Below the pieces are notes generated by a model. The model searched no databases. It saw only the letters and a program-made list of their open reading frames with translations, and was not told the origin of the DNA. Below, piece after piece: positions 22,616-35,113 of a stretch of 64,000 nucleotides of DNA. The first letter of the stretch is position 1; the number at the start of each line of letters is the position of its first letter. A program made the translations under genes and the position numbers. Source of the DNA: Nitrospirota bacterium (GTDB taxonomy: Bacteria > Nitrospirota > Nitrospiria > Nitrospirales > Nitrospiraceae); assembly GCA_963703955.1 (NCBI GenBank), contig CAVPGK010000016.1, positions 126,477 through 190,476 of the forward strand, written 5' to 3'.

Positions 22616-23014
22616 TTACCCAATCGTGATACGGCGAGGCTTCGCTTCCTCCCGCTTCGGGAGAGCCAGCGTGAGCACACCTTCCTTATAGCTCGCCGAG
22701 ACCTTGTTCGGATCGATGTTGGTCGGAAGGCGGAAAGACCGCGAGAAGGTTCCCCACCCGATTTCACGAGTGAAGTAGGCCCTGTTCGACTCGCTGTGTT
22801 CGTCCTTGCGTTCGCCCTTCACCGTGAGGACCCCGTCTTCGATCACGATGTCGATGTCCTTACGCTCCATACCGGGCACAGCAGCCTCAACCCAAAATCC
22901 CTGTTCATCTTCATAGGTGTTGCATGCCGGAGCCCACCCTGCCGGGCCGCTGACCGTACCCAATGCCTCGGTCAGCCACCGATCAACGTCAAATGGCGCA
23001 TAGCTGAATGTCAT
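22616..23014 (-). CDS. Hsp20/alpha-crystallin small heat-shock protein
   Basis: VPGMERKDIDI..DGVLTVKGER..FSRSFRLP..ASYKEGVLTLALPK..ITI; RBS AGGAGG. Confidence 0.93.
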   Translation of the reverse strand: MTFSYAPFDVDRWLTEALGTVSGPAGWAPACNTYEDEQGFWVEAAVPGMERKDIDIVIEDGVLTVKGERKDEHSESNRAYFTREIGWGTFSRSFRLPTNIDPNKVSASYKEGVLTLALPKREEAKPRRITIG

Positions 23015-23129
23015 GGTTTCCTCCTTTGTCTTTCGTGTGAGATGAGGCCCAAGGCTCATCATCTTTCAGCAGTCAGATAACACTGCCTTTCCAAGGGTCA
23101 AGGCCTTCGCGTTCGCATAAAGTGCCTCG

Positions 23130-25739
23130 TCAGCTTTTCCGCTGGTCGGCGCTCGCCTCCACCGTGGGAATGACCGTGATCAGCCCGTCTTTGACGTCGA
23201 CCGTCGCGGTGTCTCCGTCCCGAACCTCGCCTCGTACCAGCAAGCGGGCGATCGGCGTTTCCACTTCCTGCTGAATGAGCCGCTTGAGCGGCCGAGCGCC
23301 GAACACCGGGTCGTGGCCCCGCTCGGCCAAGTCGGCCGTCGCCGCCGGGGTCAGGACCAACTTGATCCGTCGCTCGGCTAATCGATCGTGGAGCCGCGTC
23401 AGTTGAATGGTCACGATTTGGCCGAGGTCCTCTCCGCTGAGCGGGTGGAAGACCACGGTTTCATCGACTCGATTCAGGAATTCCGGACGGAAGTGCCGTC
23501 GGAGCTGAGCGACGACCAGCTTGCGGATCTCGGACTGTGCTCCCCGCTCCTGGGCCTCCAAAATCTCCTGGCTTCCGATATTCGAGGTCATGATCAGGAC
23601 CGTGTTCTTAAAGTCCACCGTGCGACCCTGCGAGTCGGTCAACCGGCCGTCGTCCAATACTTGTAGCAGGACATTAAACACGTCGTGGTGCGCTTTCTCG
23701 ATTTCGTCGAACAGAATCACCGAGAAAGGACGGCGCCTGACCGCTTCCGTGAGCTGCCCGCCTTCTTCATAGCCCACGTATCCCGGAGGGGCTCCGATCA
23801 GCCTTGCCACCGTGTGTTTTTCCATGTACTCCGACATGTCGATCCGAATCAGGTTGGCTTCATCGTCGAAGAGGGTGGCCGCCAGAGCCCGCGCGAGTTC
23901 GGTCTTGCCGACGCCGGTAGGTCCGAGAAAGAGGAACGAGCCGATCGGCCGGTTCGGATCCTTGATGCCGGAGCGCGCACGCAAGACCGCGTCCGCGACG
24001 GCGCGCACGGCTTCGTCTTGTCCTATCACGCGGCGATGGAGCAGCTCTTCGAGTCGGAGCAACTTCTCCATTTCGCCTTCCAGCAGCCGCGTGACGGGAA
24101 TTCCTGTCCAACGACTGACGACCAAGGCGATGTCTTCCTCATCCACTTCCTCCTTCAGGAGCCGGCTCTCGCCTTGCTTTGTCACGAGTGGCCCTTCCTC
24201 GGACACCAATTCACGCTCCAGACGAGGGAGTTCGCCGTACCGTAGCTCCGCGACACGGGTCAGATCGTAAGCTCGCTCGGCCTTTTCAATCTCGTGCTTA
24301 ACCTGTTCAATCTGTTGCCGCAACTGGCGCAGGCGTCCCACCGACGCTTTTTCCGCCTCCCAGCGTGTCTTCAGGGCATCCGCCTCGCGGCGCTTCTCGG
24401 TGAGTTCCTGCTCCAAGGCTTCCAGGCGCGCGCGGCTCCCCGAATCGGTCTCCTTTCGCAGCGCTTCGCGCTCGATCTCCAGCTGCATGACTTTGCGCGA
24501 GACTTCGTCCAGCGCAACGGGAAGGCTGTCGATTTCCGTACGCAGCCTGGCTGCAGCTTCATCGACAAGATCGATCGCCTTGTCCGGGAGAAACCGGTCA
24601 CTGATGTACCGATGAGAGAGCTTCGCGGCGGCCACCAGCGCGGCGTCCTTAATCCGAACGCCGTGATGAACTTCGTACCGCTCTTTGAGCCCGCGCAGGA
24701 TGGAGATGGTATCTTCCACCGACGGCTGATCCACGACGACCGGCTGAAACCGCCGCTCGAGCGCCGCATCCTTTTCGACGTGTTTGCGGTATTCATTGAG
24801 TGTCGTGGCTCCGATCAGATGGAGTTCTCCTCGTGCCAGCATCGGCTTGAGGAGATTGGCGGCGTCCATGGACCCTTCGGCCGCCCCGGCTCCCACGACC
24901 GTGTGCAGCTCGTCGATAAACAGCAGGATCTGTCCCTGGGCGCTTTGAATCTCTTTCAAGACGGCTTTCAATCGCTCTTCGAATTCGCCGCGAAACTTGG
25001 CGCCGGCGACGAGTGCGCCCATGTCTAAGACGATCAGCCGCTTCTGCTTGAGCCCTTCCGGGACGTCACCCTTGATGATGCGTTGGGCGAGGCCTTCAAC
25101 AATGGCCGTCTTGCCGACACCGGGCTCACCGATCAAGACGGGGTTGTTCTTCGTCCGCCGGGACAGAATTTGAATCACGCGTCTGATCTCGTCATCCCGC
25201 CCGATCACGGGGTCCAGTTTTCCCTGGCCGGCGAGCTTGGTGAGATCACGCCCGTACTTTTCCAGGGCCTGATACGTGCCCTCAGGGTCTTGGCTCGTGA
25301 CCCGTTGATTGCCGCGAACCTGCTGCAACGCCGACAACAGTCGATCGCGTGTCACCCCAAGCCGACGGAAGACCCCCTCATCCACCATAGCCAGCAGGAC
25401 GTGCTCGACGCTTACGTATTCATCACGCAAGCCCTGCATCTCCTGCTCGGCACGCGTGAGGATCTGCGACAGGCGGGAGGTGATATGAATCTGCCCGGGG
25501 CCTGCTCCTGTCCCTTGCACTTGCGGAAGTTTGGTTAACGCCTGCTCCGCTGCTTGTTTGACGGCCGCAAGTGAGACCCCCGCCTGCTCGAGCAGTGGAC
25601 CGGCCATGCCGCCCGTCTGTTCGACGAGAGCCAGCAAGACGTGTTCGGCATCAATGCCTTGGTGGCTCCGTCGCATCGCATGGGCCGACGCGGCTTGTAA
25701 GGCTTCTTGCAACTTCACGGTCATTCGATTCATGTCCAT
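23130..25739 (-). CDS. clpB: ATP-dependent chaperone ClpB
   Basis: Two AAA+ modules ([16 protein letters not shown]), M-domain AELRYG, GARPLKR. Confidence 0.97.
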   Translation of the reverse strand: MDMNRMTVKLQEALQAASAHAMRRSHQGIDAEHVLLALVEQTGGMAGPLLEQAGVSLAAVKQAAEQALTKLPQVQGTGAGPGQIHITSRLSQILTRAEQEMQGLRDEYVSVEHVLLAMVDEGVFRRLGVTRDRLLSALQQVRGNQRVTSQDPEGTYQALEKYGRDLTKLAGQGKLDPVIGRDDEIRRVIQILSRRTKNNPVLIGEPGVGKTAIVEGLAQRIIKGDVPEGLKQKRLIVLDMGALVAGAKFRGEFEERLKAVLKEIQSAQGQILLFIDELHTVVGAGAAEGSMDAANLLKPMLARGELHLIGATTLNEYRKHVEKDAALERRFQPVVVDQPSVEDTISILRGLKERYEVHHGVRIKDAALVAAAKLSHRYISDRFLPDKAIDLVDEAAARLRTEIDSLPVALDEVSRKVMQLEIEREALRKETDSGSRARLEALEQELTEKRREADALKTRWEAEKASVGRLRQLRQQIEQVKHEIEKAERAYDLTRVAELRYGELPRLERELVSEEGPLVTKQGESRLLKEEVDEEDIALVVSRWTGIPVTRLLEGEMEKLLRLEELLHRRVIGQDEAVRAVADAVLRARSGIKDPNRPIGSFLFLGPTGVGKTELARALAATLFDDEANLIRIDMSEYMEKHTVARLIGAPPGYVGYEEGGQLTEAVRRRPFSVILFDEIEKAHHDVFNVLLQVLDDGRLTDSQGRTVDFKNTVLIMTSNIGSQEILEAQERGAQSEIRKLVVAQLRRHFRPEFLNRVDETVVFHPLSGEDLGQIVTIQLTRLHDRLAERRIKLVLTPAATADLAERGHDPVFGARPLKRLIQQEVETPIARLLVRGEVRDGDTATVDVKDGLITVIPTVEASADQRKS

Positions 25740-25861
25740 AGGTGCTGTTCCTTTATCTCAGACATCACAGACGACCTTGTTCTAATAATCACCAGGGGTA
25801 GAAAGTCAACAATGCTGGCGCATGGAACGGACGGTTGAAAGAAAACAGAGTAGCGAGTGGA

Positions 25862-26125
25862 CTATTGGTATTTCCTCAAGTGGCGTTCGATACGAAACAA
25901 CAGCCAGATCCCGATAGCTCCAAGGACGATCAATGCCAGGCCTATCCCGACCAGAAGCGCCACAGCGGTCAAGACCTCATGTGGCATCATGCCCATGACG
26001 CCGGTGTCCCCGGCGTGACCGGCGAAAGCATCAGCAATGACGCTCATCTCCTTCTTTGGATCATCCACCTCGTCTAAGACTATAAGGACGAGAGCTAGCC
26101 GGTCAAGCCTCGTTTCCTGCACCAT
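25862..26125 (-). CDS. Small membrane hypothetical protein
   Basis: Single C-terminal TM segment; start uncertain. Confidence 0.4.
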   Translation of the reverse strand: MVQETRLDRLALVLIVLDEVDDPKKEMSVIADAFAGHAGDTGVMGMMPHEVLTAVALLVGIGLALIVLGAIGIWLLFRIERHLRKYQ

Positions 26126-26176
26126 CGCTTGACCGGGAAGGATGGTCGGGACTATTGTCGCGGATCGGCGTTTCTG

Positions 26177-26989
26177 ATGGGAAACACGCAGGTCACTCGT
26201 CCCTTCGCGGTCATCACCGGTGCCTCACGCGGTATTGGGGCCGAATATGCCCGAGCCTTGGCGGCGCGCGGCTATGATCTGCTGCTCGTCTCGCGAGACA
26301 ATGATCGCATGCAGAGCCTGGCCTCAGAGCTGGTGGGGCGCCATCGCACGACCGTCGAACATGAAGTGCTCGACCTTGGGGAGCCGGAGGCGGCTCACCG
26401 GCTGTATGTGGCCGCGCGGGGCCGCCGCGATGTCGTCAATCTTCTCATCAACAATGCCGGATTCGGGCTGTTCGGACCATTCGTCCATATGCCGATGCCC
26501 CGCATCCAGGAGATGCTGCGGTTGCACGTGAACACCGTAGTGGAAACGCTGCGGCTATTTCTCCCGGATATGATCGAACGGCGGACCGGAGCGGTCATCA
26601 ACGTCGCCTCGGTGGCTGGATTCTTTTCGGTTCCCTATTTCGCGGAATATTCGGCGACCAAGACCTTCCTGATCGCCTTTTCGGAAGCCCTCGCCGAAGA
26701 GGTGCGGCCCTTTGGGGTACACATCCAGGTCTGCTGTCCTGGTACTACCGAGTCCGATTTCCATCGCACCGCGGGATTCCGTCCCCACAGTCCGTTAGGA
26801 AGCCAGACCCCGCCTGAGGTGGTGGCTCGATCGTTGGCGAGGCTCGGTCGCAGACCCAGTCTCGTGATGACGGGATGGAGAGGAAGGCTCGTTGGTACAC
26901 TGAGCCGGTGCCTTCCCAGGCGCGTGCTGGTCAGGGCGGCTGCACTTTGGATGAGCCATTTGGGCCATGCGCCTCGCATGAAAAACTGA
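26177..26989 (+). CDS. SDR family oxidoreductase
   Basis: TGASRGIG, NNAG, YSATK. Confidence 0.92.
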   Translation: MGNTQVTRPFAVITGASRGIGAEYARALAARGYDLLLVSRDNDRMQSLASELVGRHRTTVEHEVLDLGEPEAAHRLYVAARGRRDVVNLLINNAGFGLFGPFVHMPMPRIQEMLRLHVNTVVETLRLFLPDMIERRTGAVINVASVAGFFSVPYFAEYSATKTFLIAFSEALAEEVRPFGVHIQVCCPGTTESDFHRTAGFRPHSPLGSQTPPEVVARSLARLGRRPSLVMTGWRGRLVGTLSRCLPRRVLVRAAALWMSHLGHAPRMKN

Positions 26990-27016
26990 TCATAAAGGAT
27001 CAAAAGGCACAAGAGA

Positions 27017-27826
27017 ATGACCACCATGATTCAGGCCACGCTTCAACTGTATCGGGACGCGCTCCGGTCCACCGTTCGTTCACTCACGGGCGGATGGATG
27101 ACCATCATTGCCGTGATCCTGTTCGCCGGTCTGATGGTGATGGCGACTCAGTTGGTCGCGCCGCTGGGCATGCTGGGCGGATTTATCCTGGGGGCGGTCA
27201 ATGCGCTGTTGATAGGGGCCACGCTCAGTCTCATCCAGCAGGCCGTGTCCGGAGGTCGACGAGTGACGATGCAGGACATCTGGGGTAGTTTCGGCCGGTA
27301 CTTCTGGGATGTGATCGGGGTGGGATTCGTGCTCTGGGTTCCGATGCTGGTGTTGGAACGTGGGATGGCGGCGAATCCGAACGGGCCGTTGATCGCGGCG
27401 GCGATTTTTCTGCTGCTCTTCATTCTTCTCAATCCCGCTCCGGAAGTGATCTATCAGGTCCGCCACGATTCTCCGCTGGATGTCTTGCGTGAAAGCTATG
27501 AGTTCATCATTGAGAATTGGATCGAATGGTTTCTGCCGCTGGCGATCATGATCGCCCCGTTGGGTCTGTCCTTTTTTTTCGGGCTGTCGAGTCGCCTTGG
27601 CCGGGGAGCGGGGCTCGATTTCTTTCAGATGCTGATTTTGCCATTCGTACTCTTGACGGCCTGGCTCGGTTATCTCGGCGCGCCGGCGGAAGTCGGATGG
27701 TTGTTGGTGATCCTCACCCCGCCGGTGGCCGTGGCCATGCTGTTATTTCGCGGACACTTATTCGCCGCGTTGCATGGAACCTCGCGGCGTCAGCGAATGT
27801 TCAGACGACAGTCTCAAGAGCCTTGA
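27017..27826 (+). CDS. Multi-pass membrane hypothetical protein
   Basis: Several hydrophobic helices; LLNPAPEVIYQ motif. Confidence 0.7.
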   Translation: MTTMIQATLQLYRDALRSTVRSLTGGWMTIIAVILFAGLMVMATQLVAPLGMLGGFILGAVNALLIGATLSLIQQAVSGGRRVTMQDIWGSFGRYFWDVIGVGFVLWVPMLVLERGMAANPNGPLIAAAIFLLLFILLNPAPEVIYQVRHDSPLDVLRESYEFIIENWIEWFLPLAIMIAPLGLSFFFGLSSRLGRGAGLDFFQMLILPFVLLTAWLGYLGAPAEVGWLLVILTPPVAVAMLLFRGHLFAALHGTSRRQRMFRRQSQEP

Positions 27827-27863
27827 TCGGATCGCTGGCGAATTGAAGAGCATGCGGTGGTGA

Positions 27864-28532
27864 TTACGGAGAGAGTACGGGCTCGGTTTGACCGACGCTG
27901 CACATCATTTCTGACGGAATCTCAAGCTGCCCGGACGGGCGGAATCCCCACGCGGTTGCCAGCGCCTGGCAGGTGAGGTGCACGAGGGCGTTCTCGGGGG
28001 GATTCGACAGAGGAGGAAAATGGGCATTGCCTTTCCATTCGACCTCATTGGTAACCCCGTTGACGCCGCGGACGGTGACATCGACCGTATAGGTGGGTTG
28101 GGGATTTCCCATCACACGGCTCGTGCCCTCGGCGGAGACTTCGGAGTCCGCAAAGAGAACCAAGTCGGTCCCGACTGCTTTTCCGTGCCGAACGATCAGT
28201 GTGGCATCATCGTACGTCTCGGTGAGCTTGCGTTGCTGCTCGGGAGATAAGACCCGACGAACAGATTCCGGCAGGATGACCGTGACGCCACGGCGCTGAA
28301 GCCAGGTCGTCGCCGTCCCGATCATGGGCTGTCTGCCCCACACCAGTATGCGCGCATCCCGCTGCGGGAGTGTCTTGTGAAAACCAGAGGTGATTGGGTA
28401 ATGCACAGGGGATGGAGTGGTGGGGGATGCGCACCCCGCTAGGACGGTGATCCCGATGAGCACACCGACACGAGAGCGACCGAACAGGCAGAATGGCGGC
28501 ATGGTCCGAGCGTACCACGTGGGACTGGTCAA
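27864..28532 (-). CDS. Hypothetical lipoprotein
   Basis: Lipobox LAGC after a hydrophobic stretch. Confidence 0.6.
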   Translation of the reverse strand: MTSPTWYARTMPPFCLFGRSRVGVLIGITVLAGCASPTTPSPVHYPITSGFHKTLPQRDARILVWGRQPMIGTATTWLQRRGVTVILPESVRRVLSPEQQRKLTETYDDATLIVRHGKAVGTDLVLFADSEVSAEGTSRVMGNPQPTYTVDVTVRGVNGVTNEVEWKGNAHFPPLSNPPENALVHLTCQALATAWGFRPSGQLEIPSEMMCSVGQTEPVLSP

Positions 28533-28876
28533 CAGCCCGAATCGGATGATACAGAAGTGGCCAGGGGTCGCTCAAGGAGTTGCATTGAGTTGCGCGGGGT
28601 GTGACCGGATGATTGAATTCACGCACCTCTGCCTCTCACCTGTGATCTGGCAATGAGTCGCATTGGTCCATACGGATGTCTAGATATCGGGACAGAAGAA
28701 CTCGGGCGTCTTTTCGAGGAAGATACAGATGAGCCGATCAGCGGTGAGTCCTCTGACTTATCAATCAGGTTCTTTCGTACGGTCATGGAGTGGTCCCTGC
28801 CAGAGATGCATGAGGGTTCGTCATAAGGAATAACGCGCTCTTCCGTCGTCCCCAAGGTATCTCGTATTACCTTGCA

Positions 28877-31800
28877 ATGATGTGGGTGGCGGGGCTTGTG
28901 TCGACCATGGCCGTGCCGCCCACTCGAAGCGAGGCCCAAGCCCCGCCGATCACGCCGTCGGGGCTGAACACGCAGATCAGCGGGCCGATCACTGTCCCTG
29001 GCGGGACTCAGTTCAACATCACCGGCGGGACGCGACCCGGGGCGGGCCCCAATCTCTTTCACAGCTTCGGGCAGTTTGGGGTGCCCACCAGCAACATTGC
29101 GAACTTCCTCAACGACTCGGGCTTGGCGACCTCGAACATCCTGGGACGGGTGACCGGGGGATCCCCCTCGAACATCTTCGGCACGATTCAGACCAGCGGC
29201 TTTGGGAGCGCCAATCTGTTTCTGATGAACCCGGCCGGTATCCTCTTTGGCCCCAATGCCACGCTCAACATCGGCGGGATGGCGACCTTCACGACGGCGG
29301 ATTCGCTGAAACTGGCCGACGGGACGGTCTTTCACGCCGCGCCCAACGCCGCGGCCGATGCGCTGCTGAGCGTCGCGCCGGTGGCGAGCTTTGGGTTCTT
29401 AGGGCCGAGGTCGGGCCCGATCACGGTGGATCACAGCACGCTGCAGGTGCCGGAGGGGAAGGGGTTGGCCCTGGTCGGGGGAGCGATCCGCATCGAGGGG
29501 GGAGACTGGTCACCAAGGGGGCGCCCGTTGAGCTGACCGGGCGCGAGTCGATTGTGATCTCTGGCGTGGGGCAGGAGGGCCCGACCGGTGTCTTGACAGC
29601 CGCCGACAGTGCCGGCCATCCAGCCCGTGTCACCCTGGCGGCACCGACGGTGCGGCTGGAGACAGCGACGGTGGAGAGCACGGCGGGAGAGATCGGCAGT
29701 GCGGGGGCGATCAGGATTCAGGGGTTCGAAGGGGCTGCGGCGAACACCGTGTCCTTGGACAATGCCACGGTTCGGACGACGATCAGCGGAGGCAGCGCGG
29801 CCAGTACGCCAGGGACCATCAGGTTCACCGCGGACACCGTGACTCTGAGCAACGGGACGCATATTGCAGCCGACAGTTTGGGTGCGGCTCCTGCCGGGGA
29901 CATCATCTTTAACGTGGGTAATCTGACCACGACCGGCGGTCCGAATCGCATCATTGCCGACACGCCTTCACAGTGCTGCCCCCATCTGCCGGCGGATCTC
30001 ACCAATCCCGTGGTTAGCGAGTTTGGAGTGCTGATTGCCAGTAATAGCAGGGGCGTGAATACGGAGGCGGGTCGTGCGGGGACGATCATCATTCAGGGCG
30101 TCAATGGTCCAGGGAGCGTGGCGAAGAGTGTCAGCCTCATGGATACCAACCTCTCGACGAAGGTGTTTGGCGGGACGGCCGACACGACTCGAGGCTCGGT
30201 GGCCATCACCGCGGACTTGGTGCACCTCGAAGATCACATCTTCATCGAGGCGCCCACCGCGGGCGCGGCGCCCGCGGGGAATATTGTGCTTAACGTCGGC
30301 ACGCTGCTGGCGGATGTGAACCCGGATGGGATACCCATCAAGGGCGTCGATGGGGTGTTCTTCAACACCGCGAGCTTTAGCCGCGACAGCACCGGCGGCC
30401 CGGCGGGGACGGTGACCATCTCGGGGCCGGGCCCGGAGCGTACGGATGCCGCCACCTTGGTTGCCCTGGACAAGACGTATGCCTTTGCGTCGATACTTGG
30501 TGGAACAGCAGCCACAACTCCGTCGGCGATTACGATCACGGCGAAGACTCTGGCCCTTACCGCGGGAACGGGGACCTCCCTATTTGATGAGACCATTGGC
30601 GAAACGGGGATTTTTGCGATCTCGGAGAGCCCCGCGCCGGCGGGGCATATTGCATTCCACGTCGGCACGCTGCGGGCGAATGTGAACCCGGACGGGACGC
30701 CGATGGCGCACGGCTACGCGTTCGTCGCCAGTTCAAGCAATAGCCCCGACAGCACGGCCGGCCCCGCCGGGACCGTGACCATCTCGGGGCTTGGCCCAGA
30801 GTCTACGGATGCCGCCACGCAGGTCCTTCTCAACAACTTTGCCATCAACAACTTTGTGAGGGGCGGGATGGCGACCACGGCCCCGGTGGCAATCACGATC
30901 ACGGCAGATACTCTAGCCATCAGCGGTAGAATCCTCACCGATCAACCGGGGGTTGCAACAGGGATTTTTGCGTTCTCCGACGGCCGCACGACGGCCGGGA
31001 ATATTACGCTTAATGTGGGTACGGTCTCGACCTACAACACGATTATTACGAGCACCAGTACCAGTGTTGCTCCCAACGCGGGGAACGCCGGGAGCGTCAC
31101 CATTCAGGGAGTCGGTGGCGCCGAGTCCCGTGCTGCCGCGATCACGCTCAACGGGACCAACATTACGACTGAAGCCAATGCCGGTGCCGGCGGGTCGATC
31201 GCGCTGGCCTCCGCGACGGACATCATGCTGGCGGATTCCACCATTTCCGCCACCGTGTCAGGCGGCAGCCAGCCGGGCGGCAACATCACGCTGTCTGCCG
31301 GTAACCAGATTGCGCTCGCCGACGGATCGGTGATCTCCGCACGAAGCACCGGCCTGGGCGACGCGGGGAATATCCTGATCAACGCCGGGCAGAATTACAC
31401 CAGCACCAACAGCGCGGTCACCACAGAAGCCGCGCAGGCCAGCGGCGGTAACATCACGGTGACGGCACCCGGCATGGTTAACCTCACGAACAGCCAGATC
31501 AACGCGTCGGTACAGGGATCACCGACGACCACCGGCGGCAACATCATGATCGACCCGCAGTTTGTGATTTTGCAGAACAGCCAAATTCTTGCCCAGGCGG
31601 CGCAGGGGCAGGGCGGGAACATCTCCATTACGACCAATGCCTTGGTATCCGATGCCACGAGCCTGGTGGATGCGTCGTCGCAGTTTGGGGTGAGCGGGAC
31701 CGTGCGGATTCAATCGCCGAACGCTCCTGCGGCTGGCAAGATCGTGCCGCTGTCGAAGACCACGCTGGAGACCGCTCCCCTGCTCGGCCAACGCTGCGCC

Positions 31801-32064
31801 GCCGTGGAGGGGGGCCTGTACAGCAGCTTCGTGGTGGCTGGGCACTACGGCATGCCGACAGTGCCGGGAGGGTGGCTGACGAGCCCGCTGGCGGCGCTGA
31901 GTGTAGACACGGGGTTCGGGGTAGGAGGTGAGGGGCGAGAGGGAATGTATGCGGCGTCTTCGCTTACAAATGAGGCAGCGATCCTGTCCCTGCGAGGGTT
32001 GCGGTCCTCCGACACACTGGCGAACATCTTTTTGACGGATTGGACAGCAGGCTGTGGATCATGA
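28877..32064 (+). CDS. Filamentous haemagglutinin N-terminal (TPS) domain protein, one frameshift at a G-run near 29497-29502
   Basis: NLFHSFGQF, LFLMNPAGILFGPNA TPS motifs; AG(N/T)IxI repeats; GGNIMIDPQFVILQNSQI; C-terminal CAAVEGG..SSF. Confidence 0.85.
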
Positions 32065-32656
32065 TCGGTTCGCGCTGGGAAATGGAAGGGCATGATTCCG
32101 TGTCTCATGCGGCTCCTCACCCCCCTTGACAGTGGCAACCATGACCGGACGGGATATTCGTCGAAACCGTGACAGGTACCGGGACTGGTTTCCTGGGAGG
32201 AGGGTACTCGTATGAGACATGCAATCCGAACCGGAATCCTAGCCGCGTTTCTCCCTCCGTTCGTGGCGATGGTAGCATGTCTCGCTTCTCCTTCCGTCTG
32301 GATCGCATCGTCGGCTGACCTGGCCCAGCCGATTGTCAGTTCTACCGCCGCCGAGGAGCCACCCGAGCACCATGGTGTAGATTCTCAATGTCGCGCCGAA
32401 CTCCAGAAACTCTGCAGGGACCTCACCAAGACAATGGCGTGGGGTGATTAATCGGCGACCCATCGTCTGACGTCGGTCCATTCTCCTCTTTGTCCGAACC
32501 CTAGCCGCCCCGTCGCAATTTACTCCTGACCGCTCCTCTCAATTTTGGCATTCCCCAACTTTGACAATACGCTCCTATCGTCTATGGTTAATAAAGATGG
32601 AGGATCAGAAGCCAGGGAATAGGCTACGGCAGTGACACCGGTTTCTCCAGCGGAAG

Positions 32657-33601
32657 GTGGAAATGATCCCGACGTTCTCCGTCGTCATTGAGTGGGACAA
32701 TGTCCTTCTTTCTGAATCGATACGGGCCCGCCGAATGTTGATGGCCCTTGATGGGCAATTGGCCGCGCTGCCCCGCACCGAACACCGACCTCAGGTTCTG
32801 CTTGTCCATGATGCGCTGACCATGGATGGGCATTTGATTCAGCAATTGGTCTGCGACACGCTTAAGAGTCGGGATATCTATGATGTGGAACTCGTGCCGG
32901 GCGCGGGATTGCACTACTATGAGCTCAAGAATCTTGGTGCCACACGAGCGCACGGGGAGGTGATTGTCTTTCTCGATAGCGACGTAATCCCGGAAGAGGG
33001 GTGGTTGCTGGGTCTCCTTCGCGCCTTCGAGTCTCCTGCCGTGCACGTCGTCTGTGGTAATACGTACATTGAGCTTGAGGGCCTGTACAGCAAGGCCTTT
33101 GCCCTGTTCTGGTTCTTTTCGCCTCGGGTTGACAGCAAAGGTCTCGTGCCTGTCGAGAGCTTCTACGCAAACAACGTCGCCTTCCGCCGCGAGATCTTTC
33201 AGGCTCGTCCCTATCCCACCGTGCCCCTGTTTCGTGCCCAATTTGTGACGGTGGTGCATCACCTGAAGCAACGCGGTACCGTCATTTGGTTGCAGCAGGG
33301 GTCACGTGTCTCGCACCCACCGCCTAACGGATTGAAACATTTCATCTGTCGGGCGTTGGCCCAGGGGTACGATGCGGTGATGACCGAGGACCTGACCGGA
33401 ATCCGTTCGTCGGGCAATTCCTATTCTCGATATCGAGACGCCTTGGGCCGGATTCGTACACGTTATCGTGAGGTCGGTCTTGGACGCGGCGGGGCGCTCG
33501 GCGCAGCCACCCTTGCGACGGGTTATTACACGCTGCACTTTATTGGAGAACTGCTCACTCGAGTGCATCCTGCACTGGTCAGGCGTTACTTCCCGACCTG
33601 A
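32657..33601 (+). CDS. Glycosyltransferase family 2
   Basis: FSVVI, KNLGATRAHGEVIVFLDSD (DxD), ANNVAFRR. Confidence 0.8.
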   Translation: MEMIPTFSVVIEWDNVLLSESIRARRMLMALDGQLAALPRTEHRPQVLLVHDALTMDGHLIQQLVCDTLKSRDIYDVELVPGAGLHYYELKNLGATRAHGEVIVFLDSDVIPEEGWLLGLLRAFESPAVHVVCGNTYIELEGLYSKAFALFWFFSPRVDSKGLVPVESFYANNVAFRREIFQARPYPTVPLFRAQFVTVVHHLKQRGTVIWLQQGSRVSHPPPNGLKHFICRALAQGYDAVMTEDLTGIRSSGNSYSRYRDALGRIRTRYREVGLGRGGALGAATLATGYYTLHFIGELLTRVHPALVRRYFPT

Positions 33602-33751
33602 ACCATCAATTCCGTATCGCTCCCAAAATCCAATCTCAGTTGACCAAAGATAATTCAACAGCCTATTCAGACGAGTGTGAGTTGGCTCATCCTGGATGAC
33701 AGTTCTTTGGCACCAAGTTGGCCCCAAGGGGCGGCATATTGAACCCAAGAT

Positions 33752-35098
33752 TCACGAGCAGGTCTCCCCACCGCCTTCGTGAAACCTTCTCTCGAACTCT
33801 CTGCGGGCCGCGCGGTAAGATCCGAGCACTTCCTCCTTCTCCTCATCCCCAAGCATGTCCCGGGATGTGACGTTCGTAAGGAGATAATCGACATAGCGTA
33901 TGAAATAACAGGCACTCTCCGCCGATGGACGAACCGGCGTACCGTCGACCAATACGTAAATCGGACTCGTAAGAACAGTGGTACTTCGAGCCGAGATCCA
34001 TGCGCTCGTGCCTAACATGACTTGAGCACTTATAACCTGGGGGCCAGGGTGCATACGGACGGTGGCCAGAGGCAAGCCATTGGCATAGAGAACAACCTCT
34101 TCCGACCGCGCGAGATTAGATTCGAGAGTCACTTCGAGAGCCGTCCCCCCTTTCACCCACGCTTCCTCACCAATTTGTGCTCCATTAATTCGCACATTTA
34201 ACCAATCGCGATGGCCAATCGCGAGGACCGTCCGCCCTTGGCGAATACCTTCGAGCATGGCCGAATAACTCACTTTTCCGTCTGTCAGAACGTACGTGCG
34301 GGCGGTTCCGGGTCGGTCCGATAAACACGGATAATCGCTTGCGCCCGTGAGAGGTATCCGAAAGCCGGTATTGAGCAAGGATTTCCACAGAAAGGGCAAC
34401 TCGTCCGGTAGACGATCCGCAGGCCCCCAATTCAGGGCGGGCTCGATCTCTAGGAAATTGGAGATGCCGAGGGCAACCTCAATGGGATACTCAAACGGCG
34501 TGCAACAGTAGCTACTTGCCCAGAGCGGAAACGTTCCGTCGGAGGGCCAGGCTTGACCGTGGCTCATCCCGATGAGTACCCGCGGATTATGTGTAGTCGC
34601 CCAACGGATGATCGGAAGGTTGGAGCGCGGCGAGGAAAACGGTGTGGGGGAGAAGTGCGGACTCTCAACTCCTAACAGGGTGAGGTGGCCCATCTGCGCA
34701 GCAGGGAAGACGGAAATCTCAAGGTCATAATGAAGAATGTGGCCGGGAACCGAAGCCTGGCTGTCCTTGCCCGTTAAAGACAAAGATCCGACATCCCACG
34801 AAGCTCCCCAGCTCAACCCTGCAGCAATGTCAAGATCCTCTGCGATCAGCATTTGAACGAGGTCGGTCGCGCTCGCATTCCCTTCACAACCCTTCAAGTG
34901 AATATGGGTGTCGGCACGCAGGAAGCTTCCTGCTGTACTAATAGAACTGGGATAGGGCCCCAAGCATAGGAACCATGAGACAACCAATACGCGGCAGTGC
35001 ATCGACATTGAAACTATTCCGTGTTGTTGCTGAATACAGGCGAGGATGCGGACAGGACTGGTCAGGAGAGGGCCACCTCTCCGCACCCTATGCACCAC
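33752..35098 (-). CDS. CehA/McbA-like (PHP-fold) metallohydrolase, probably secreted
   Basis: ADTHIH, GHLTLLG, LNTGFRIPLTGASDYPC, GTARTYV; start likely ~35008. Confidence 0.7.
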   Translation of the reverse strand: MVHRVRRGGPLLTSPVRILACIQQQHGIVSMSMHCRVLVVSWFLCLGPYPSSISTAGSFLRADTHIHLKGCEGNASATDLVQMLIAEDLDIAAGLSWGASWDVGSLSLTGKDSQASVPGHILHYDLEISVFPAAQMGHLTLLGVESPHFSPTPFSSPRSNLPIIRWATTHNPRVLIGMSHGQAWPSDGTFPLWASSYCCTPFEYPIEVALGISNFLEIEPALNWGPADRLPDELPFLWKSLLNTGFRIPLTGASDYPCLSDRPGTARTYVLTDGKVSYSAMLEGIRQGRTVLAIGHRDWLNVRINGAQIGEEAWVKGGTALEVTLESNLARSEEVVLYANGLPLATVRMHPGPQVISAQVMLGTSAWISARSTTVLTSPIYVLVDGTPVRPSAESACYFIRYVDYLLTNVTSRDMLGDEEKEEVLGSYRAARREFERRFHEGGGETCS

Positions 35099-35113
35099 AG
35101 GCGCACCCGCACC

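Noticed and set aside
23015..25810. CIRCE/HAIR heat-shock operators for hsp20 and clpB
   Set aside because: No TTAGCACTC-N9-GAGTGCTAA. The GATGAG-N8-CTCATC repeat at 23041-23060 does not fit HAIR spacing and may be a UTR hairpin.
33706..33723. Sigma54-like TGGCAC-N5-TGGC
   Set aside because: Imperfect -12 element and no downstream plus-strand gene.
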